A stretch of 64,000 bases of DNA from Rhodosorus marinus CCMP1338 (Eukaryota > Plantae > Rhodophyta): assembly GCA_029953675.1 (NCBI GenBank), contig JAMWBK010000006.1, positions 1,054,001 to 1,118,000 on the forward strand, given 5' to 3'. Positions 23,722 to 32,489 of this stretch are shown here, in pieces (position 1 is the stretch's first letter; each line of letters opens with the position of its first letter). The position numbers and the translations under genes were made by a program. The notes beneath the pieces were generated by a model. That model saw nothing but the letters and a program-made list of their open reading frames with translations, did no database searches and had not been told where the DNA came from.

Positions 23722-24522
23722 ATGAAGACTACTGTGTATATCGCACTTGTGGCGGCATTGGTTGCCGTTCTCGGTGTTTCGGAAGCGGCGCCGTTCGTCT
23801 GCAAGGACCCCCACTTCCAGAAGCCCAACTTTAGGACCATCACTCACGGCCAGAGCCACAACGCACACGGTTTGAAAACCGCCTTCGAGTACTTCAAGGA
23901 TATTCTTGGAGGCAAAGACAACGGAAGCAAGCTGGGACCACTCAGGAAAGGACACCGATCTATCAACTGGGATGCCCCAGTCGTTCCCTTTGAGTTCCCG
24001 AGGAAGTTCTTCGAAGAGACTGTCACCCGTGGACTCGCTGTCGCAAGCAAGAACAACAAGTTCCGTGTGAGCAACCCGGACCCCAACCACATTGGTGATG
24101 ACAAGTTCTCCACCATCAACCGCCGGGAGTCCAAGAAGTTCCAGACCTTCAGCCCCAAGAGACTCTTCACACCGATCAAGGACAACGAGTTCTGGATCCG
24201 ATTCACGGTCCCTGGAAAGAAGACCAAGGCTGTGGTGAGAGGATTCGGAGCGGTGTTCGTGGGCGTTGACTTGGAGAGAGTGACCAAGATGACTGCCTAC
24301 GACATCAACGACTGTGTGATCGCGTCCGAGTACGTTGAGGCCAAGAGGGACGGACTGTCGTTCCTTGGATTCTACTTCGAGAAGCCGATCATTGCTCGTG
24401 TTGCGATTGAGCTTGGCAACTTCGAGATCGATGCCAAGAACTACTGTGGATACAGGTGCGATGAGGACATCGTCGTTTTGGATGACTTCTTGTACGCCGA
24501 GCCACAGAGCATCTTCGCTTAA
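23722..24522 (+). CDS. Secreted 266-aa tandem-array protein, copy 7 (last in array)
   Basis: Intact ORF nearly identical to copy 6 (NPDPN, IELG); shares ~500 nt upstream and ~370 nt downstream flank with copy 6. Confidence 0.95.
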   Translation: MKTTVYIALVAALVAVLGVSEAAPFVCKDPHFQKPNFRTITHGQSHNAHGLKTAFEYFKDILGGKDNGSKLGPLRKGHRSINWDAPVVPFEFPRKFFEETVTRGLAVASKNNKFRVSNPDPNHIGDDKFSTINRRESKKFQTFSPKRLFTPIKDNEFWIRFTVPGKKTKAVVRGFGAVFVGVDLERVTKMTAYDINDCVIASEYVEAKRDGLSFLGFYFEKPIIARVAIELGNFEIDAKNYCGYRCDEDIVVLDDFLYAEPQSIFA

Positions 24523-26089
24523 GAAGGATTTTTCTACAGAACATCTGATATCCTATGAGGATCCATAGCCAGAGTGCTACCTTAGGCACCCTTTCGCTGG
24601 GATGTACATATCAATAAAAAGGAACCATCCTGTATTGGTATTGAAACCATAAATTTCTCGCTCTCAGCTCGACACTTTTGTGCACATACCCGAAAAAAGC
24701 TCCGTACACGCGTTTCAGGAAGCACGCAGCTCGATCTTACTCTCGTTTCTCACGTGAAAAGCGAGAAATATTGTTTCTTGAGAAGGACATGTTCCTGTTT
24801 ACCTTTCACATAGAAGAATTATCTTCCTCCTTAGTTGCCGTAATTCAGTGTTCGTCGTTTCCCTGCTCAGGCATCGAACCTCGTCTCAGCCCTGCGCATG
24901 TGACACGTTCTCCATTAACGCGTATCGGTGATCCAAAACAATTTTAAATTCCCTTTTTGTTTTTATCTTTTTCTATCTTGGATACCCTCCTCCAGCTCTA
25001 ATCCTAAGACGGGAGGTCGTAACTTCCGTATTTATAGGCTTCCGGTTCATGTCCTGGGTTTGCTAGAGTACTATTATTAGCCTTGTTTTGGGCTGCACTC
25101 CTGACGGCTGACTTGTTCGGTCAGGACGTAACAGGATGCGACGATGGATAGGACAGACTATCTTTTCAAAGAGTACGCAAGATTCGACTGAAAACCGGGA
25201 CGACGGTTCCTCGTTCTCAACGTGAAGGACTGTCGGGAAACAGAAAAGTTTCTGGATCGCGTTTTCGTCAAAGCTGTTTTGCTCTTTATAGTATTTTCCA
25301 TGCAAGCGCGTTCGAACTCCCACTTTCGTGTTCAGTCCCCTCTAGCAAAACCAATCCAAAGTCCCATGTAGTGGTAGTTTTACTCGTGTAGTACTCTGAA
25401 CAGATTGCCGTTTAACTACTTGTATTGATAAATGTGCTCATATTCTAATTATCTGCTGGAAATACTTGGATGCAGGCCGTGCCTGCCACCACACGGCTCG
25501 AGGCCCTGTTCCACGACGACTGGAGTCTGATTTCTATTCCGGTATCATCACTTCCTGGTCATCACCATGGTCGCCCTTGACAGAAATCCTGATCTTGTTG
25601 AAGCAGTAATTGTGAGAATCCGCAGTAGGACTATAAAGCCGGCAAACACGTGCGGCTCGATGATGAGAGCAGGACCCCTGGCTTGTGTACACGTCTACAG
25701 CGACGAATGGATTGTTCCTGGACCAGAAACTGCTCTTGGGAGTACTCCCTGCTTTCTTGATCTGGATAGAAATAGTTCCACGCTCGTGTTCGCAACGATG
25801 CCCTGAGTTAGCTTGTTAGCAGCTGCAGTAGTAGGAGTTGTAGTTAGACTAGGGCTTGCAACTTCCACCATGTTTGACAGACCAGAGCTCACTCGCCAGG
25901 GCGTTTTGTTCTTCTCACACCCGACTTCGACAAGCTGGGGGATAGTCTGGAGGGTGAGTACGCAGACCTCGTATGATAACGTTAGTAGTTTACTTTCTTT
26001 TCCTTTGATGCAAAAAAATAACCAAAGTCATGATTCACTGGGCGCAAACCGTATCTAGTTGGACGGTTTTTCTTCGCGAGATTGTGATT

Positions 26090-26800
26090 CTATTTTCGTC
26101 GATCGAGGGCCTGGCTGATCCTAGCCTTGATCTCCGCGATGGCAACGTCTATTCGACTGGTTGAGTGTCCCGCTCGCTGCTGCGTGTCGCGGATTCTATT
26201 GGCTGCTTCCAATGCCATCGGCCATGAAGCAAGCTTCTCCTCTTCTATGAATCCGTCTATTCGTCCGAGCCACGCATAGAAACTTTCGTTGCTGGCCTCG
26301 AGTTGGGCTGCCACGTCCTCATCGAAATGGCTGCTTCTCCGTTTCCGAGGAGCAGACGGCGACGGTTGCGGTGATTGCACCGAAAACGGGCTTGATGCGT
26401 TTACGAGCGCCGTGCTCAATTCCGGAGTCTGCAGCATTCGCTCGAACAGGTACATCAAAACAACGTTTCCTCCGGCGAACTCCGGAAACCTCGACACATC
26501 GTTTGCTGCCTGACTGGCCCAACTCTTGTGAGAATCGGCGAAAGCTCTTCGAAGGTCCTCAAACTTTTCCCTCAGGACCTCTTCGGACCTCACTTCAAGT
26601 CGTCCGTTGAGACCGCCGTTGCCGTCCTTTGCCAAGAAAGAGGGGTCATTAAATTTCGCAGCCAACAACGGAGCACTGGTATTTCCCCCTAAGCTTCCAT
26701 TCCTCTTCCTCAGATCAACAAACTCCGAGACATATACATCGATCAGACGCTCAAAATCGCCCTGAGAAAAGCTAGAACTAGACACTTCTACGCTCATCAT
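26090..26800 (-). CDS. Myb/SANT(trihelix)-like domain protein, 236 aa, function unknown
   Basis: ATG at 26800 (the ORF track starts at a TTG). The pattern FERLIDV..F / LAAKFNDPSF / RSEEVLREKFEDLRRAF / FPEFAGG..LMYLF..M...PEL resembles a Myb/SANT-like family I recall from oomycetes and diatoms. NLS-like PRKRRS and a C-terminal helical segment. Confidence 0.7.
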   Translation of the reverse strand: MMSVEVSSSSFSQGDFERLIDVYVSEFVDLRKRNGSLGGNTSAPLLAAKFNDPSFLAKDGNGGLNGRLEVRSEEVLREKFEDLRRAFADSHKSWASQAANDVSRFPEFAGGNVVLMYLFERMLQTPELSTALVNASSPFSVQSPQPSPSAPRKRRSSHFDEDVAAQLEASNESFYAWLGRIDGFIEEEKLASWPMALEAANRIRDTQQRAGHSTSRIDVAIAEIKARISQALDRRK

Positions 26801-27286
26801 CAAATTCTATTAAAAGCCCACCTAGACAATCACAAAAGCAGAACCAGCAAGCCTTCTGTTCATAGATCCATCCACAGCTAGCCACCAGCAAATTCAAATC
26901 TCAAAAGAGGCCCAATCCCTAACCACCACGACAACGCACGATTTCATAATCTGCCTCTCCCGCTTCGCGCTTCTCATCTCCCAACCACTCCCACAGTAAA
27001 CCACAACCAACTGTCCTGCCCGGTCCAACAACAATCAGCACCCTGCATCCTATCTAAACTCACCAGCTCCCTTCCAGTGCGATCCGCCTTCCTCTAGCCA
27101 ACATCTCTAGACACCCCCTCCCAAAATCCCTTTCCTTCTCGCCAACATCCTTACCAAACCATGATCTATCTTTCTCGCTCGCCAATCCACCTCCTCCACA
27201 CCAATCACTCTCTCCTAACCCCTGGCCCAAGCCACCTACTACTCCTCCCAACCACCGCCTTCCCCCCCACCTTTCCTTCTCTACAA

Positions 27287-27490
27287 CCTCCTCACCACTT
27301 CCTCACCATCATCGACATTCCTTCTCCCCCACCCTCTCCCAACCTTCCTACCAATCCACCTTTCTCTCCCAATCCCCCAATCCGCCCTCCTCCTCACCAC
27401 TTCCTCACCATCATCGATATTCCTTCTCCCCCACCCCCTCCCAACCTTCCTACCAATCCACCTTTCTCTCCCAATCCCCCAGTCCGCCCC
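27287..27490. repeat. 102-bp tandem duplication in a C/T-rich tract upstream of the Myb-like gene
   Basis: cctcctcaccacttcctcaccatcatcga...atccgccc at 27287 and 27389. Confidence 0.9.
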
Positions 27491-29534
27491 TCCTTCTCAC
27501 CAATCTGTCTCTCCTAACCCCACAACACGAGGCTACCTAAGCTGTTCCAACAAACACCTACCAAAACCCTTTGAGGCCACCTCTCGCTTCCACCCCTCCC
27601 CCTTTCGCCATTCCGCGCGCTCTTCTCTCCAAATCATCTCCGCCATCCCATCCCGAAAAATAATTGTAAAACAACAGGACCAAACATCCTCCACAAGCAG
27701 TGGTACATAGTACACATGAAAATAAGTACTATAAATTACAATCTCATTCCCCACAGATATTGGCTCTTGTAATTTATTGTAATTAGCATCTGCTAGGCTA
27801 TAATTTTCAAAATAATCCGGAGCCTTATATCTTGTTTGTTAGTACATGATATTACTAACTGTACAAATATACTAAAAATAGTATTGTAATGTGTTATTCA
27901 AGAAAAACGATGAACGTTTGATCTTTCGAAAGATAGTCGTCTTGAAGAATAAATTAGTCAGTGGGAGCCGGTTCACAATTCTTATTAAAAAACAAATCGT
28001 GATACTACTCTGACCAATCTTTGCCAATGACCACCCCACAGGAGCAACCACTCAAATCCATGTGATTTTCTCCTTTAGGGGTTGGGGGGTTGCGGATTAT
28101 TTAAATCCTCGATTCTAGCCAAAGAAAGCCATTAAACGCAAAAATAAATCATATATCGATCTTGATCTAGACCGAAGAGACGATCTTTAGCCTACCTGGA
28201 ACTAAGGGTGCCAAGAATACGCCATGCATGCCTTAGAACAATCTTGAATCGTCATCGGACTTCCCTAACCTTTTTCTGGGCTAGCACAAGCGCAAACACC
28301 TGGCTTGGACACCGGTGAAGCTCCTAGCCTACCCCTCGACTTTTCGGGCACATCACTTTGCAACCGCCGTTCCAACGTATGACTCGATATATTATCGTAA
28401 TAAAGATACAAACCGTTTGTTTTTGTTGGCGCACGGTGCGCCAACATTTTTTCAAGTATTATATCAATTTAGTGTTGGGGCGTTGTCGATTTCGCGCTGG
28501 TTGCCTTTATTAAACCGTATTTATGTTTGTGTATATGCATTTTGGTAATATAATATCGTATATAACGGTGCTTCGTCCTGGGTTAGTCAAAAAGGAACCG
28601 GTTCTTTGAGTTATTGATTGAACAGTTATCTATGGCCGTTGGATTTGGCGGGTTGCCCTTGAGTACAGCTGACGTGTGTCTGCTGATAAGCGACGTTAAC
28701 TGCTTCGAAGGGATCGTGGACTGGTTGCAATCGTTCTCTTGCTAATTTAAAGTAGTTCTCGTTCATGTGCTCTCCCTTCGTCTCCCTTTTTCAGGTTCTA
28801 GCAGCTTCCCGTTGACTACATCCATTCCGATCGTTCGAATTTGATCCCGCATGTTCGTGTCAGCCAGTCCGTTCTCCTCTGAAGAGAAGAGGCCACGAGC
28901 TGATAAGACGGGATTTCCGCTGCGGTCCTTCGTTTATCGAGTAGTTGCACTGATACTACCACAAGATAAATTCAGCTGTCTGATCCGTTGTCTTTCGTGG
29001 AAAGGGAAAAGTCACTTCTAAGCTTTTGGTTTCCGTTTGTATGCGATCCATACAAAATCTTCGATTCGTAGAATCCGTTTCGTAGCCCGGCAGCTCTGCG
29101 GGCTTTTCGAACATGAGAGTCCCATCCTGCTGTCATGGAAGCAACGCCGAATTCATCCAACCCACCTTGCAACCTTTCGTCCGGATAGATGGCATGAAAT
29201 CCTTAGCGGAAGGACTTGTACGCCGTGCTGCAAAGGTCCAGAGGAACGCCTTTAACAGAGTCCGCTTGAAGGTCTTCTGTCGACTGAACGGCTTAAACTG
29301 ACTGTCCAGTAAATTCTCAGAGCTCAAACGGACCAGAAGATGAGTCCGAACAGACACCGTGCGTAGTGGATGGCGGGGAACATGCGACTACAGTTATCTA
29401 CATAAGTAGCAGACAATATCCGCCGTACTGTTTCTGAGCAACACAGTCGAAATGCAATGTACCTGAGGACAGTATTAACCCATTCAGCGGGAAAGGCGTG
29501 GTAAAACGAGCATTCCGAGGATAAAGTACTCACT

Positions 29535-31106
29535 ATGAAGATTGGCGTTCTATTTACGGGGCTTGGCCTGTTGGTGATCGTACAGATTTGTGGATCAACC
29601 TCCGGGTGTGTAGAGACAGAGTTCTTGCAGCGTCTCGCAGCTTCTGAAGCAAGCGATTCCCGCTTCTTGGGCGCTGGGGTGTCCGTTTGGGGAGACCTTT
29701 TAGTGGCCGGAGCATACGGATCGGAACAGTTTCAAGGCAGCGCCTATGTTTACCGGAAGGTGGATGGAGAATGGACGGAAGAGGCCAGACTGGTGGCACC
29801 TGACGGTAGACCTGGAGACGCATTTAGCTTCATGCAGCCAGTGGCTTCAGAGAACATGGTAGTCCTGAATGCTGTAAAGGGCCGCACTGGTGATGGGGTG
29901 CGAAGCGGTGTAGTGTTCGTGTTTGAGTACCAGGACAATGAGTGGCAGATGGTCCAGTCCTTGATTCCTCCTGTTCCCCGTGAAGGAGACCGTTTCGGGA
30001 TCTCCATGTCTCATTCAGATGGCAGTCTCATGATTGCGTCGGACTATGCCGGAGATTTTGCTCAGGGTGTCGTCTACCACTACCAGAAAGGCGATTCTGG
30101 ACTGTGGGAGGCAGTAGATGAGTTTGTCGGAGTTGACGAGGGCGATCAGTTCGGAGAAGAAGTTCTCGTCTCCGGACAATGGATGGCAATATCTGCAATA
30201 CACGGAGACTCAGATCTCGTCAAGGATGCTGGAGTGGTCTCGGTGTACCAGAAGGTCCACGGCAGCTGGAAAAAGGATGCGATTCTAATTGCGCCAGATG
30301 GGGAAACTGGGAGCAGGTTTGGGACTGGTCTCGCCATGACAGCTTCTGGGACACTTGTAGTGGGAGCTAATAGAGCTCAGGGACTCTCAGGCGAGGAAAC
30401 GGGAGCTGTTTTTGTATTCCAGCAGAGCGACTATGGATGGACGCTGACGGACAAACTGACTGCCAACGATGGCCATGCGCGGGATGAATTCGGTAGCCGC
30501 GTGACAATCGACCCTTCAGGATCTATTATCGCCGTAGCAGCGAGCAGGGACAGCACCCAAGGAAGTTGCTCTGGTGCCGTCTACATTTTTTCTCGATGCC
30601 GAGACTTGGTCTGGAAACAAGTGAACAAGCTCTATTCCCCGACGCATCCCCAGACCGGTGCCATGTTTGGCCTCGTCCCGGTGCTCACCCAGGACACGCT
30701 TTTCGTGCCATGCCCTAGGGAAAGCGTTTTGGGCCAGCAGGAGGGAGCATTGTACGCGTACAGCATTAAAAAATCTTCCAGGGAGCCGCATTGCTCTCTG
30801 GTGGTCTCCGACTTCAGAATTCTCAAGGGAACTCCGTTCACCGCGGGCTTTCAGTACACCAATGAGGAAAACCATGAAGCGATACTTTCAATCCTTCACA
30901 GCGGACACCACCTTCACACTCTAAGATACCCTGTTCCAGCTGGTTCCGGGTTTAGGCGCGTCAACCTCTCCGCGGATATGCTCGGTGAACTCGAGAAGGG
31001 ACTGTTAGTCCTCCAACTAGACATAGTTCCAGTCGGAAAAGAAACACTAGATTCGGTCTGTAGAGATGATACTTACCTAGTGAAGCTGATCGGCATCCGC
31101 TGGTAG
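29535..31106 (+). CDS. Secreted FG-GAP repeat (7-bladed beta-propeller) protein with C-terminal beta-rich domain, 523 aa
   Basis: Signal peptide MKIGVLFTGLGLLVIVQICG. Seven repeats of D.FG..V....LVVGA.....G(A/V)VY(V/I)(Y/F)....W....L.A.DG. Intronless; no TM segment seen. Confidence 0.9.
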   Translation: MKIGVLFTGLGLLVIVQICGSTSGCVETEFLQRLAASEASDSRFLGAGVSVWGDLLVAGAYGSEQFQGSAYVYRKVDGEWTEEARLVAPDGRPGDAFSFMQPVASENMVVLNAVKGRTGDGVRSGVVFVFEYQDNEWQMVQSLIPPVPREGDRFGISMSHSDGSLMIASDYAGDFAQGVVYHYQKGDSGLWEAVDEFVGVDEGDQFGEEVLVSGQWMAISAIHGDSDLVKDAGVVSVYQKVHGSWKKDAILIAPDGETGSRFGTGLAMTASGTLVVGANRAQGLSGEETGAVFVFQQSDYGWTLTDKLTANDGHARDEFGSRVTIDPSGSIIAVAASRDSTQGSCSGAVYIFSRCRDLVWKQVNKLYSPTHPQTGAMFGLVPVLTQDTLFVPCPRESVLGQQEGALYAYSIKKSSREPHCSLVVSDFRILKGTPFTAGFQYTNEENHEAILSILHSGHHLHTLRYPVPAGSGFRRVNLSADMLGELEKGLLVLQLDIVPVGKETLDSVCRDDTYLVKLIGIRW

Positions 31107-31870
31107 GGGACGCAGGGAGCGGAAAGAGGAACCTATTCACCCAAATACCCTTACAAGTCAATAAAAAGATGACAACCGTTGCCAAAAGAGATTAAAACTA
31201 GGGACTGAGACGTCACAACTAGTGAATTCTGAATAACACGTGTCCTAAACGACCAATTATCTGTGAGAACCTCGCCTGACAGCTCTGTAATACGTCTATG
31301 TTTTAGTGTCAGGCACCTACTTTTAGTTTAAGACGTCAATGTTTTAGTATCCACTAGTTTCTACTTTACTGCCAGGTACGTTTTAGTTTACAGTAACCAA
31401 GACTATATAAGGCCTAGCTTTGCCAGATCTTGAGACCTAGAATTGAGTAAAAGACAAGTTGGTTCGAAGAGTTCTAACATTAACTTTCATGGATTCACCG
31501 GTCAGGTCAACACCTACAAGACACCGTTCCGGAGTTGCTTTCGAAGTGCTTCACTGTTCCCGCGGCCGAAGCGCTTTACATGTCGGCTAATCCGAGAGCT
31601 CATAGCCAAATGTAACATCGTTGAAGGTTTGCGAGAAAGCGAATTGCCTTCACCGACTCTGGAGAGTGATACCGAACATCCTTTGTGTGAGGTATGAGCG
31701 TGTTCATGCGTTCTGAGCGCTAGAGAATGGGGTATTGAAAACGGGGCTAATTGCTCCTTTTTCCTTTATCCTTGTCGTCTGTTTTAAAATAGATCTTCTT
31801 ACTATACACTATAGGGCAGTTCTCTCTTCTAAAAGTCCGCCAGCCCAGTCCGGCTGAGGACATAACTTCC

Positions 31871-31959
31871 TTGCCGATTACGGAACTCTATTTGCAAAGT
31901 AGGCGTCCTTGTGGGTTGCCGATTACGGAACTCTATTTGCTAAGTAGGCGTCCTTGTGG
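31871..31959. repeat. 45-bp tandem duplication spanning the zinc-finger stop codon
   Basis: ttgccgattacggaactctatttgc(a/t)aagtaggcgtccttgtgg at 31871 and 31916. Confidence 0.9.
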
Positions 31960-32489
31960 ACGCGATCGGAACTCTGAGTGTTTCTGTGTCTCCTCATGAA
32001 ATGTCGCTTCACGCAAGCTTTTGTAGCAAACTTTTGGTTGCAGAATCTGCAGTTGAATGGTCGCTCCCTCACATGCACCATCCGAACATGCCTGATGAGG
32101 CTCGCCTTGGTGCTAAACTGTCTATCGCAGTCCTTGCACCTGAAGTCGTAGGCCCTGAAGTGCACGGTTTTCAAGTGCACATTCAGGTTGCCCTTTGTTG
32201 AAAACCCGGTGAGACATCGTTCGCAGAAGAAGGGCTTCTTCTCGTGCACGCCTTGTCCTTGCTCATATTCCGGTTGGGGGATAAAGTCCTTGTTTGTGTT
32301 GCTGTCTGAACTGCACACCATTGAAGAGACGCTATTTTCTCTTGACCTTGACGACAATGGGCTCCCGCAATCCGTAGGTGGCTTCCCCTCCTCACCATAG
32401 GATTTGGCCTCCTCACCATAGCTTATCTCGCTGCTCTGCGGGAGCTTTTCCCCGCCATTCAGGACGGTCACAAGCGACGCAATGTCCAT
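31923..32489 (-). CDS. C2H2 zinc-finger protein (3 fingers)
   Basis: FFCERCLTGFSTKGNLNVHLKTVH, FRCKDCDRQFSTKASLIRHVRMVH and FNCRFCNQKFATKACVKRHFMRRH, with an ERPF linker; first ATG at 32489. Confidence 0.92.
   Translation of the reverse strand: MDIASLVTVLNGGEKLPQSSEISYGEEAKSYGEEGKPPTDCGSPLSSRSRENSVSSMVCSSDSNTNKDFIPQPEYEQGQGVHEKKPFFCERCLTGFSTKGNLNVHLKTVHFRAYDFRCKDCDRQFSTKASLIRHVRMVHVRERPFNCRFCNQKFATKACVKRHFMRRHRNTQSSDRVHKDAYLANRVP

Larger units (their letters stand above)
1..25503 (+). repeat. Head-to-tail tandem gene array, unit length 3.3-5.2 kb
   Basis: Stop-to-stop spacing 3307, 5155, 4889, 4350, 3330, 3410 nt. The last recognisable homology (tatctgctggaaa...ggctcgagg) at ~25450-25503 matches ~21765-21820. 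Confidence 0.92.

Noticed and set aside
27161-27517. Pro-rich extensin-like ORF on + strand
   Set aside because: No signal peptide; arises from the C/T-rich complement of the purine-rich leader of the minus-strand gene and its 102-bp duplication.
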